NCBI GenBank assembly: GCA_030390025.1
Contig: CM059431.1
Coordinates: 138,200,001 to 138,264,000 of the forward strand
Reading direction: 5' to 3'
Length of the DNA stretch: 64,000 nucleotides
From: Squalus acanthias
Taxonomy: Eukaryota
A program made the position numbers and the translations under genes. Within the stretch, counting starts at the first letter, position 1; every line of letters starts with the position of its first letter. The notes under the pieces are model-generated. The model made no database searches. It had not been told where the DNA came from and saw nothing but the letters and a program-made list of their open reading frames with translations. Shown piece by piece: positions 36,556 through 48,760 of the stretch.

Positions 36556-37184
36556 ACAGAAATAAAGGGAACCAGGTGAGCGAGGCCATAATGAGAAAGT
36601 AAGGGGGAAGATTCGAAAAAAAATGAACCGAGACAGCCCCACTTTGGATTAATAAAATATCAATTTTATTTTGTTTTCAGCCTTTAAATACCGATCGGTG
36701 AAATGACATTACAAGCGAATCGATAAAATCGTTAAAGGAAGAGGTTGGTCCGTTTGAAAGGGGATTTAGTTAACATACTTAAAATGTATTTTGCTTAACA
36801 TTAAATTGTTGATTATACATAAAAAATAATGAATAATCTTCCAAGCAGAGCAATAAAGAGATCAATGTGATACTGGAAGTACCCGGATGTGTTTTCTCGG
36901 GCAGGGCCTTGTCCACAGTGTGTGAAAGACCTGAAAACTGTCGACATGGCCAGAACCTGGGATATTTCTCCATGGAGCATGCAAAGTTCAGGAGAGATTT
37001 GTTCAAAATTATGAAGGGTTCTTACTAAATAAGGCAGCATTGTTTCCACTGGCAGGTACGCTGGTGATCACGGCAACAATTTAAGGTAATTGGCAAATGA
37101 TCCAGCGAGGAGATTCGGAGGTTTTTTTGTTACACAGCGAGCTGCTTTGATCTGGAATGCATTCCCTGAAAGGGTACCGCAAGC

Positions 37185-37633
37185 AGATTACAACTCCCTT
37201 CACGACCTGTGGACGTCCCAAAGCGCTTTACAGCTAATGAAGTACTTTTTGAAGTGTAGTCACTGTTGTAATGTCGGAAGCGGGTCAGCCAATTGGAGCA
37301 CAGCAAGCACCCGCAAACAGCAATGAGAAAATGACCAGATAATCTGTTTTAGTGATGTTGGTTTAGGGAGGAATATTGGCCAGGACTCTGTGGAGACCTC
37401 CCCTGCTCTTCTTTGAAGAAGTGCTGTGGGATCTTTTATGTCCTCCTGACAGAGCAGTCGAGGCCTCGGTTTGACTTCTCATCCGAAAGACGGCACCTCC
37501 GACAGTGCAGCACACACTCAGTACAGCATTGAGGTGTCAGCATAGATTTTGTGTTCTAATCTCTGGAGCGGGACTTTAACCCATTGCCATCTGATTCAGG
37601 GGCGAGAGAGATACCACAGAGCCACTGTTGACA
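37185..37633 (-). mobile_element. tRNA-headed Deu-domain-type SINE (SacSINE1/AmnSINE-like)
   Basis: Reverse complement of 47731-48150, with A/B-box-like head and central ccgaaagacggcacctccgacagtgcagcac. Confidence 0.75.
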
Positions 37634-39285
37634 ACTTTATAAAAAGATTAACTTCAAAGGGGAATTGGAAATATACTTGAAAAAGCAAGGTTTGCTGGGC
37701 TGCCGGGAAAGAGCAGCGGAGTTGGACTTATTGAACACCTAGTTCATAGACCCGAGATAGGCATGACAGGCCGAATGGTCTTCTTGTGGGCCTTTGATTC
37801 TATGTTTCTATGCCGCGAGAATTGCCCGTGACCTTCAGCCTAATAATGACAATGGAATAAAAGCTGAGGAAACAGTTCCATAATTTTCCAATAATCCACC
37901 CGTGTGCGTGTGAGACTCTAGCAGTGGGAATGGTCTAGAAGACACGGTCGCTAGATTAGACAAGCGGGATTTAGTTAAGAAGGAGCTAGTGGGTGTGAAA
38001 TTAAAATATATTTATCCATTTAAAAGAGAATAGGAGGAATCGTGGGCCCGCGTCATTATATCGGGAGCAATATTAAGGATTACGAAAAAGTTTTATTAAT
38101 TATTCAACGAATCTAGCTGGTAGACCGTAATGACCAGCAAAGGCCGCTTGGTAAATAAAATAAATAATGTAGATCACATGTGAATCATTGAAGGCTGGTA
38201 TGAGAGACAGCGCTCAAGGCATTTTTTAAATATAGTTACAGTGATCAAACACATAAAATGGGATTCTTTAATCCAGGGACCCAGACATCGCGAGATAAAG
38301 GGAGGGGGATTGAGAGGACTGACGGTTTACTGACACTACTGCAAGTTTCCTCAAATAGAGAAGATTCCTGAGGATCCGCCAGCGGCTGAAATAATCCCAG
38401 TGTTTAAAATAAGGCCAGGAGAGATCCATTGGGTGAGCACCTGGGAGAGAAGCAATGTAAAAGGGAATTATATTGGTTTAAGGGAAGATGTGTCATCCTT
38501 AACTAACCTGCTGGAGTTTCTGAAACACATCACTGGCCTGTAGGGCAGGGGAAATGCAGTGGGAATGACCCAGTCGGATATTAACGAAGCAGCGGACAAG
38601 GTTCCACATCTACAAACGGTGAGGAATTATGGGATGGGTGGGTGCTCTGGCTCTGCACAGACAGCTAATAACAAAATTAAAGCATTTTATCGACAAATGG
38701 GAACCTGTAAGGGACGGGTGACTGTTGAACATCTGGGATCTTCCTTGGTATCAGTTTATTTATAATCTTTTGTTCAATAGAAGCTAAATGGGGCTGAGGG
38801 CATCTTAGACACAATAACAATGAAAATCATACCAGCCTATGCAACACTAGAAAACCATTGGAATGTACTGCGCGGGAGTATGTAATTTGACCCATTCTAT
38901 TTGCACTGGGTTCTTTGAGACAGCAATCAAAAACTATCCGCACTCTCCACAGATATTTATTTTCTCTTTTTACAAATATTCACCTAACTTTCCCTAAACT
39001 GTTATCTGAGGAAAAACATTCCATGCTCCAGCACCCCTTTGCATAAAAAAGTTTCTTCTAACCTCTCTGCTCATTCCCTTTGTGACCGTTTTAAGGCGGT
39101 CGCCCTTTATTGCTCGCTCCCTTACTAGACGGAATAATCTCTCCCTCTTCACTCTGACGAAACAGTTGATAATTTTTAGCACCTCTAATAAATGTCCTCT
39201 TAGCTTTCGCTTGCTCCAGTGTAAATAGTCCAATATCGTGTCCCTCATCACCAGTATAGCTCTGATCCATGGCACCATCCTGTTG

Positions 39286-40703
39286 ATACAAAGCTAGGTG
39301 GGACAGTAAGCTGTGAGGAGAAAACAGTCTGCAAAGGGATATAAATAGACTAAGTTAGTAGGCAGTAAGGTGGCAGATGGAGTATAATGTAAGGAAATGA
39401 GAGGTTATTCACTTTGGTATGAAGAATAGAAAAACAGAATATCTTTTAAATGGTGAGAAACTTTCAAATGGTGGTGTTCAGAGAGATTTGGGTGGCCTCG
39501 TGCAAGAATCACAGAAAGCTAGCATGCAGGTGCAGCAAACAATAAGGAAGGCAAATGGCATGTTGGACTTTATTGCAAGGGGGTTGGAGTATAAGAGTAG
39601 GAAGTCTTGCTATAATTGTACAGGGCCTTGGTTAGACCAAACCTGGAGTACTGTGCACAGTTCTGGTCTCCGTATCTAAGGAAGGATATACTTGCCTTGG
39701 AGGCGGTGCAACGAAGGATCACTAGATTAATTCCTGAGACAGAGGGTTTTCCTATGATGAGTGATTGTGTAGAATGGGACTATACTCTCTGGAGTTTAGA
39801 AGAATGAGAGGTGATCTCATTGAAACATACAGAATTCTGAAGGGGATTGACAGGGTAGATGCAGAGAGCTTTTTTCCCCTGGCGGGAGTATCTAGAACTA
39901 GGGGGCATAGTCTCGGGGTAAGGGGTCGGCCATTTAAGACTGAGATGTGGAGGAATTTCTTCACTCAGAGGGTTGTGAATCTGTGGAATTCGCAGCTCCA
40001 GAGGGCTATGAATGCTGAGTCTTGCAGTATATTCAAGGCTGAGATAGATAGATTTTTGGGCTCTAGGGGAATCAATGGATTTTGAGATCGGTCGGTAAAG
40101 TGGAGTGAGGTCGATGATCAGCCATGATCTTATTGAATGGCGGAGCAGGCTCGAGGGGCCGTATGGCCTACTCCTGCTCTTACTTCTTATGTTCTTATGT
40201 TTCTATGAAAGCGGAGAGAGTGATTGTGGGAAGAGGACGTGGGATCTTGGAGTAACTTTGGGAGATGTGGGCTCAGACTGAAGAGCTCAGACAGCAGAGA
40301 AAGACAGAAATTCACGTGAACCCTCCGCGAGACCTTTCTCACCAATTAGCACTAACATTTAAGTAAGGGTGAAAAGATTTTTTATTATCATTAAGGAAAT
40401 TGGAATCAGTCAGAAAACTATAGAACTTAATTTATATTTGCTAGTGGTTCAACTGAAGCGTGTCACGCACTATATCCAATCATTACAATACATTAGTAAA
40501 GGTAATAAATTCATAAAAATCATTGAAAATTGGAATTGAAACTAAACAGTAGGAGTTTCTCAGCAATTATCGGTGAGTAATGACTCCTTTAGTTTCACCC
40601 CAATCCTGCATCTCTTTCTGGAGCCGGATCCTTATATTTTGCTAAATTTTCAAAATTAAGAAGCTCAGCCCAGTACCGGTCTCCCATAATGCATTTTCAA
40701 CTT
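39286..40703 (+). repeat. 1.42-kb copy of 33423-34841 (CR1 3' end plus ~500 bp downstream flank) inserted into an older minus-strand CR1
   Basis: Collinear high-identity match, flanked by 42-bp direct repeats at 39244-39285 and 40704-40745 (40/42 identical). Confidence 0.92.
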
Positions 40704-42001
40704 CTCATCACCAGTATAGTTCTGATCCATGGCACCATCTTGTTGTATCTACACTGCCCTCTCTCAGTGGATTTAATGCCCTTTCCACAATGAGGGGTCG
40801 ATGCTTTACCTGTTGTTCTAACGGTGGCCTTACCAGCATTGTGTAAAGATTCATCATCACTTGTTTGTTCTTGTGATCAATGTCTCTGTCTATAAAACAG
40901 TAATTCATGTTGGTTTGCTCATGAACTTTCTAGGAATTGGGTATTAGGATCCCTATCGCTCGCTCTTCATCCACACCATTCAGCTCCCTCCCATTGAGAC
41001 TTTGCTCCCATTCCTTGGCGTTTCCCGCACAATCGGCCGAGATCACAGATGAACAATTTGTAACTGATTCAAAGTTTCTGGTATTTTTCAGTTAATATTT
41101 GGAACAATGTGTAACCACATAATAAGACGATAATGACCAAAGAGTCTTTCTGATCGTCTGCAAATGTTCATCCAAACACAGAATACTGAATATTAGTTGT
41201 AATTTACCTGAATTTCTGGCAGTGGTTTTAACAGATCACTTGCAACGATTGTAAGAATGAATAACTTTATGAAAAGTCATTTTACATTATTTTACACTTT
41301 TGTTTGGGAGACTGATTGCGACAGAATATCAATAATTTTACTCATGAATCTTTTCTCGAAAGCACAACACAAGAGCAGACTCCACCTTTGTGCTGACTGA
41401 GAGATATCAGTTAGTGTACAATCGATATTTAAATCAGTATCTGGGGAAAAAGAGGTGAAAGGTCACATCGATGAGCCGAGTTCCGACTATTTCTTTAATT
41501 CGAACACTGATCACGTGACAAGAGCCCGCGCTATTTATCAATGAGGAATGGAGTCCGATAGAGAGACCCGCGCCTGCAATATTCACACCAAACCTCCAGG
41601 AAAGTTGCCAATATCGGCGATCACAAGACCTTTGATTGTTTCTGCACCGAATGAAACGCTATTGATGATTTTAAAGTGGCCGCGCCCGATCCCAGTAGCT
41701 GCAGTGCAAGCTGGATTCCTCTGTTGCTCAGATGTCCGACTCCACTGCTGAACCTCATCATTGCTATCTTTGATCCCGGAACTTGAAATGTGCTAAATTT
41801 GCAGGAATAGGATATGTTTACTCAACGAAAGAAGCATGAAAGATTAAGCATTGCAGACATCAAACACATGCTTCAAAATGGGAGAAATGTTTACACAATT
41901 TCTCATCACATTACCAGAAAGAAGGACGTTCTACGGTGAAAAAGGAATTGAAGTGGAGATTTAGTGACGAGGGAGCTTCCGTTTGATTGAATCTTTAATT
42001 C

Positions 42002-42906
42002 TCATTTTCTAACTGTTCTCTGAATGAGTGCCCAGGGGGATTTAAGCACCTTCTTCAGCTCTTCTCTGAATTTCCTCTGGGTCGCTACATAAATACACGA
42101 GTTTTGAAAGCAACTCAAAAACTTCAACATTGTTCCGGTTTCAGTGGCGATATATCCAGGGTCTGTGCGGTCACCTCGATAATAGGTGGGGTTTGTCAGT
42201 CTGGTAGTTACCATACTCACGGCAGCTGTCAGCCACAACAATATAAAACAGCCCGAGATAGTGAAGAGTAAAATGATGGATTTCCTTCGGCTCTCCATCT
42301 CTATATCGCTCTGATTTTCACTTCTGTGACCCCGGAGACCCCTGCGGGCTCTGCTGGCCACTAAAATAAGACTGACTGTCAAATAATTAAAAAAGGCAAT
42401 TAAAGTAAAAGGAAGCCAAACGCCCCAGGCGCTGTGAAACCAGATGTAGGCAACACCTGGAGGTGAGGAAACAAAAGGCACACTGTTCCGGCAGCCCCAC
42501 TGCACCTTGTTAATTAATTGTTCAGGTTGAAAGGCAAAAAAATCAGGGATGTTCTTTAAAAAGATTAGGACCGTGAACGCTGTTTTAACCGCGGCCGAAG
42601 TTCTCTCGGTGCAATACTTTGCTTTAAACTTCTGGCAGCAGATAACTACAAATCGATCAAATCTGAAGGAGACGGTGAACCAAACAGACAAATCGAGGGT
42701 GACAGCAGTCATGTATAGAATGAACTTACACACGGGAGTGTGGTACAGGAATGAAAGTGGAAAGTGATAACTGAAAATATGATACACTATTACATTGAAG
42801 TTCATGACCAGTAGATCTGCTGTTGCCATGGCCACCATGTAGCCAGAGATACACTTGGAAAGGCCGCAGTTTCCTCGGGAGAGAATCACAATTGTCACCA
42901 AATTCG
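42002..42906 (-). CDS. GPR139-like class A GPCR, exon 2
   Basis: cttacag|(A)NLVTIVILSRGNCGLSKCIS...MATADLLV...FDRFVVICC...NSCIY...*. Hydrophobic 7TM pattern and an open 905-nt frame. Confidence 0.92.
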
Positions 42907-43290
42907 CTGTAAGAAAGAGAGAGGAGAGAAATAATATTCCAGTGTCTGATTGAAATATATATGGAGATGCCTGTGGAGAGCATTTTACTCCGTTGAGTGT
43001 GATTATCCACACGGAGCAGTGTGAGAATAGGATTAGTTTTGGAGCCATTACCTGGGAAACCCACCCACACACTTTAATGAGCTGCTGCATGCTCACTCTG
43101 CACGGGGTGACAAGACGGTCCGGAAATCCGCGAAAATCCTTGTGTTGGAGCTTCGAAGAACATTGTAAAAATAGTAAGGTTATCGGATTATGTGTAATGC
43201 TGACATCTAGAAAGCTCGTTATCAAAGCAGGTTTTATGCACATGAATACAATTAACACCGATTAACAACAAACAGGCTACAATGGCTCAC

Positions 43291-43360
43291 CAGGGACACC
43301 GACGGCCGCGAGAATCGGGAAGTAAATCTCTTTGATCAGCAGAGTAGTTGACTGCACCAT
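43291..43360 (-). CDS. GPR139-like class A GPCR, exon 1
   Basis: MVQSTTLLIKEIYFPILAAVGVP-G|gtgagc. Phase 1 joins exon 2 to give 324 aa and completes TM1 (GVPAN). Confidence 0.88.
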
Positions 43361-43435
43361 TCTCTGTGAGAATGGATGAATTCTGTCGGAGATGAAAGAC
43401 TCTGACTGGCGCACGGTTGAGGCAATGGAAGGGAA

Positions 43436-43446
43436 ACTATATTTAT
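43436..43446 (-). promoter_or_regulatory. Candidate TATA-like element for the GPCR gene
   Basis: Minus-strand gataaatatag about 80 nt upstream of the ATG. Supported by position only. Confidence 0.35.
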
Positions 43447-43810
43447 CCACACATCAATCCACCAGCGAATCAATCAGGTTATATCATAATGAGCATTATT
43501 AACAGTCATTGAACAAATAGACACAGGTATGTTGTTTTTTATCTGATCATTCAGATTAAGAGAAATATGTGAAATTGTTATGGACAATTAAAAAAAATAC
43601 ACGATTAAAACATTATTTACGAGTAGTAAGTGCAATCTCCCAGTACTGGTGCTGACGCCAGTCCTACAGGCCTGGTGAAGGCAGCTGCCCAGGCAATATT
43701 CGTCATGACCCTGCCATTGATTAATTCCTAGTGCACCAACTCCTCCAGAACAGGCGGTAAAACAAATGCTGCAATATTGGTGATGAACCCAGTCTGGCAG
43801 CATTAGAGGA

Positions 43811-44400
43811 CAAAAATGAGAAGTCGCACAACACCAGGTTATAGTCCAACAGATTTATTTAATTTTACAAGCTTTCGAAGCAGTTCGCTCCTTCGTCAGG
43901 TAAGTTAGCAATGAGAGAATCTCCCAAAATTCACAATTTAAACCCAGACAAAATCTATTCACATTATTCCCTACAACAAAGAGCATAGCCAAGACAATGA
44001 GATGTGTCCCAGGGGGTCCAACGTGTCAAACCACCTGCTGGCTGCATATCCTGTCAATTTGTGTTCTTGTGTTAGTCTCTTTAAAAAAAAAACACCTGGG
44101 AAGACCGGCCATGATGTCAAGTCACGTTCTGTATCGTGACATGAACCCGATATCGCGATTGAGGCCATCCTCATGAGTGCGGAACTTGGCTATCAGTTTC
44201 TGCTCTATGATTTTGCGCTGTCGTGTATCTCGAAGGCCGCCTTGGAGAACGCTTACCCGCAGATCCGAGGCTGAATGCCCCTGGCTGCTGAAGTGTTCCC
44301 CGACTGGGAGGCAACCCTCCTGCCTGGCGATTGTTGCGTGGTGTCCGTTCATACGTTGTCTCAGTGTCTGCATGGTCTCGCCGATGTACCATGCTCTGGT
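43811..44400 (-). mobile_element. 5'-truncated Penelope-like element (GIY-YIG C-terminus plus pLTR)
   Basis: YIGETMQTLRQRMNGH...PVGEHF...GLNRD motif and an 11-bp TSD GCATTAGAGGA (43800-43810 and 44401-44411). Confidence 0.9.
43865..43903 (-). ncRNA. Minimal type I hammerhead ribozyme motif
   Basis: Minus strand TTAC-CTGACGA-A-GGAGC-GAACT-GCTTC-GAAAGCTT-GTAA. Confidence 0.75.
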
Positions 44401-44414
44401 GCATTAGAGGAGAC

Positions 44415-46565
44415 AGCGCTCCTCCTGTACTAATGGTACCCTACATTTATATTAGAGCTGACATTGGTCCTCCTGTAATACTGGCACCGTATACTTACGC
44501 TAGATGTGTCCGTGCTCCCAAGGTACTAGTACATTACTAGAGCTGAACGTGCTCCTATGGTAATAGTGGTAGCACTAAACTAACACTAATATTGACAGTG
44601 CTCCTCCAGTACTAGTGAAAAACCCCCTCATATATTGGATGTTCGTGTGCTCCTCCTGTTCAGTGGTACCCCTACACTGACACTAGATGTGTCCGTGTCC
44701 CTCCTGTCCCAGTGTTACTCCTACACTGACACTAGATGTGACCGTGTCCCTCCTGTCCCAGCGTTACCCCTACGCTGACACTAGATGTGACCGTGTCCTT
44801 CCTGTCCCAGTGTTACCCCTACACTTACACTAGATGTGACCGTGTCCCTCCTGTCCCAGTGTTACCCCTACACTGGCACTAGATGTGACCGTGCCCCTCC
44901 TGTCCCAGTGCTACCCCTACATTGATACTAGATGTGACCGTGTCCCTCCTGTCCCAGTGCTACCCCTACACTTACACTAGATGTGACCGTGTCCCTCCTG
45001 TCCCAGTGTTACCACTACACTGACACTAGACGTGACCGTGTCCCTCCTGTCCCAGTGTTACCCCTACACTGACACTAGATGTGACCGTGTCACTCCTGCC
45101 CCAGTGTTACCCCTACACTTACACAAGATGTGACCGTGTCCCACCTGTCCCAATGTTCCCCCTACACTTACACTAGGTTTGTGCAAGCTCTTCCGGTAAA
45201 AGTGGTCTCAAAAAAGTTACACCAATGGTGAACGTTGTCCTCCGGTACTAGGGGGACCCCTACACTTACACTAGATGTGACTGTGTATCTCCCATATTAT
45301 GGGAACCTTAGACTTGCACTAAAGGTGACTGGGCTCCTCCGGTACTAGTGGTAACACTGAAATTATAGTAGAGGTGGTAGTGCTCCTCTGGTACCAGTGG
45401 AACCCCTACATTTACATTAGGATTGAGAGTGCTCCTCCCGTACATGTGGTCCCAAAAACATACACTTGATGTGAACGTGTTGCTAAAAATGTGCCACTTG
45501 CAATTTATGTGACTGTGCTCCTCAGGTAACCGACATTGACACTATATGTGATCTTGCTACTCTGGTACTTGTTGTACAATCAGTCATACGAGAGATGAGC
45601 ATTACCTCCTGTACTAGTGGCACGCCTACATTACACTTACAGTGAGCGTGCTCCTCCTGTACTAGTGGTACCACTACACTGACTCTAGAGGTGACAGTTC
45701 TCATCTGGTACTACTGGTACTCTACTATTTCACTAGAGATAACCCTACATTTACACTAGATTGGTGCATGGTGCTCCATAAATTATCGTATCAATAAAAT
45801 TACACTCGTGGTGACCGTGCTCCTCCTTCACTCGTGGTACCCCTAACCTAACACTAGTGTTGAGCGTGCTCTCCTACACAAGTTGTACCCATACACTAAC
45901 ACTAGTGTTGACCGTGATCCTCCTACACTAGTGGTACCCCTACACTAACACTAGTGTTGACCGTGATCCTCCTACACTAGTGGTACCCCTACACTAACAC
46001 TAGTGTTGAGCGTGCTCCTCCTACACTAGTGGTACCCCTACACTAACACTATTGTTGAGCGTGCTCCTCCTACACTAGTGGTAACCCTACACGAACACTA
46101 GTGTTGAACGTGCTCCTCCTACACTAGTTTGAACCCCTACACTAACACTAGTGTTGAGCGTGCTCCTCCTACACTAGTTTGAACCCCTACACTAACACTA
46201 GTGTTGAGCGTGTTCCTCCTACACCAGTGGTGCCCTTACACTTACACGAGACGTAACCGGGCTCCTCCGGTTCAAGTAGTACCGTTAAACTTACACTAGG
46301 TGTCAGCATGTTACTCTTGTATTAGTGGTACCCCTAAAATTAAACTAGATATAGCAGTGCTCTTCGGTACTAGTGATACTCCTACATTTATATTAGTAGT
46401 GACCGTGCTCCTTCAGTACCTGTGGTACCCTAAACCTTCACTAGCAGTGTACCTGCTTCCCCGGCTCTTACACTAGTGTTAACGAGCTCGTCCTGTACTC
46501 GTGGTTTCCAACACTTACACCAGCGATGAAGGTGAATCTACGGTACTAGTGGTAACATAACACTT
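44415..46565. repeat. 49-bp tandem repeat array, ~43 units, with two homogeneous sub-blocks
   Basis: Period of 49 nt (44681 to 44730). Variant A at ~44670-45175, variant B at ~45840-46245, degenerate units elsewhere. Confidence 0.9.
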
Positions 46566-46566
46566 A

Positions 46567-47335
46567 AAAACAACAACAACTTGATTTTTATAGTGCCTTT
46601 ACCGTAGGAAAACTTCCCAACGCGCTTCGCAGGAGCGTCATCCAACAAGAATTGACAACAGTTCACATAGGGAGATATTAGTTCAGATGACCAAAATCTT
46701 AATCAAAGAGGCAGGTTTTAACGAGCGTCTTAAAGGACGAAAGAGAAGTAGAGAGGAGAAGAGGTTTAGGGAGGGAATTCCAGCGCTCAGGGCCTTAGCA
46801 GCTGAAGGCACGGTCGCCAATGTTTGAGAGATTAAAATCAGCGAAGCTCAAGAAGCCGGAATTGGAGAAGTGCAGATATCTCGGGGGTTGTGGGGCTTGA
46901 GGAGATTACAGAGATAGGGAGGGGATCGACCATGTACCCATTTGAAAACAAGAATGAGAATTTTAAAATCGAGGCGTTTCTTAACCGGGATTCAATGTTG
47001 ATCAGCGAGCACAGGGATAATGTGTAAACGGGGCTTTGTGCGAATTAGGAGACGGGCAGCAGCGTTTTGGATGGCCTCAAGTTAACGGAAAGTAGAACGT
47101 GTGAGATGGCCAGGAGTGCGTTGGAATAGACAAGTCTAGAGGTAAGAAGGGCTTGGATGAGGGTTTCAGCCGGAGATGAGCTGAGACAGGGGCGTGGTCG
47201 GGGAATGTTCCAGAGGTGGAAATATGCGGTCTTAGTGACGATGCGGTTATGTGTTTGGAAGCTCATCTCGGGGTCAAATATGACAGCAGGTTTGCAAACA
47301 GTCTGGATCAGCCTCAGACATTTGGAGGCCTGAAA
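46567..47335 (-). mobile_element. L2-like LINE 3' fragment
   Basis: (AAC)n tail on + and KTAYFHLWNIPRPRPCLSSSPAETLIQALLTSRLVYSNALL on -. Confidence 0.82.
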
Positions 47336-47730
47336 CAGCAACTGTCCGCAGTCAGGAGGCATTGAGGGAAATTCGGAAATGTTTCTTGGGTCGGAAGCGT
47401 ATTCCGGGGTTACGGCTTCCACCGCAATTTCTCTGCCATGTTTTCTGACTTTAGCATCGCAATTCCCGCTCTACTGACATTCCATCTGTTGGCTATTTTA
47501 ACGGGAGTGTTAATCGTTTTATAATAGAGTTTACTGCTCCGATGAAATAAAGTCAATCAGAGGAATATACGAAGCTTCCCGTCCAAAAAAGTGCATCCTT
47601 TCAACAATTAATTTTAAGAAGAGCAAAATTCCTTCAAACATGTTCTGCTAAGGACATTGGATGGACACTCACAGACAGACTGTTCCACCAGTGTGTTCTG
47701 TGTTCTCCTGCCACCGATATCGGACACGGT

Positions 47731-48150
47731 GTGTCAGCTGTGGCTCAGTGGGTAGCACACTTGCCTCTGAGTCAGAAGGCTGTGGGGTCAAGTCCCATTC
47801 CATGGGACTTGAGCACTTAAATCTAGGCTGACAATCCTGTGGAATGCTGCACTTGAAGAGGTGCCGTCTTTCGGAAGAGACTTTAAACCGAGACCCCGTC
47901 TGCTCTCTCAAGTAGACGTAAAAGATCCCACGGCACTATTTCGAAGAAGAGCAGGGGAGTTAGCCCCGGTGTCCTGGTCAATATTTATCCCTCAACCAAC
48001 ATAGCAAAATCAGATTATCTGGTCATTATCACATTGCTGTCGCGTATCCCACATTACAACAGAGACTGTACGCCAAAAATTATTTCATTGGCTGTTAAGC
48101 GCTTTGAGACGTCCGCTGGTCGTGAAAAGGCGCTATATAAATGCAGTTCA
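47731..48150 (+). mobile_element. tRNA-headed Deu-domain-type SINE
   Basis: Head tggctcagtgggtagca...gggtcaagtccc and tail cgctatataaatgca. Confidence 0.8.
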
Positions 48151-48379
48151 GAATTAAAGTCGTCCAGAAAATTATAAAACATTACCAAAATAATCAGAGT
48201 GACCTAAAAGAGAACAAATATCGTGCTATGCAAAATAAACGTGAACTATATAAAATCAACCAACATGTAAATGTGCACGTGCAAGAGAGGGAGAGGAGGT
48301 GGGAAAGAGAGAAATCAAGGCTCGAGACAAATAAAATTCCTAGAAAAGTGAGTGAGATCGCCGGAAAACCACGTATGAC

Positions 48380-48760
48380 TTTAAGCATCAACTCGGTCCA
48401 CCAGCGGCGCACCATGGCTGCAGTGTGTACCATCTACAGGTTGAACTGCAGTAGCTCATCGAGGCTTCTTCAGCTGCACACCGTGATCTCCACTAGATGG
48501 ACAACAGCAGTAGATAAATGGTAACAGCATCACCCCCAATTCACATATCCTCTCAACTTGGATATATATCGCTGTTCCTTCAAAGCCGCTGCGTCGATTA
48601 TCCTGGAACTCCCTCCCTAACAGCACCGTGGGAGTACCGTCATCACACGGAATGCAGCGGTTCAAGAAGATGGTCCACCACCATCTTCTCAAGGGCAACT
48701 AGGGATGGACAATAAATTCCAGCCGTTCCTGTGACGCCCATATCCCGCGACTCACTTTCA
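48380..48760 (+). mobile_element. Non-CR1 LINE 3' fragment (clade uncertain)
   Basis: INSVHQRRTMAAVCTIYR remnant. The 3' end resembles the SINE tail at ~60975-61040. Confidence 0.55.

Noticed and set aside
35911..36642. Repetitive Pro/Ser/His-rich ORFs on both strands
   Set aside because: They are produced by the 33-bp tandem repeat.
41548..41790. Possible further MS4A TM exon (LLNLIIAIF)
   Set aside because: It is on the wrong strand for the pseudogene, lacks convincing splice sites and is too short to support.
42907..43258. N-terminal extension of the 418-aa GPCR ORF
   Set aside because: It lies upstream of a clear acceptor at 42907 and is intron read-through. The real exon 1 is 43291-43360.
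47731..47815. tRNA gene
   Set aside because: The A/B-box-like head continues into a SINE body and there is no complete cloverleaf.
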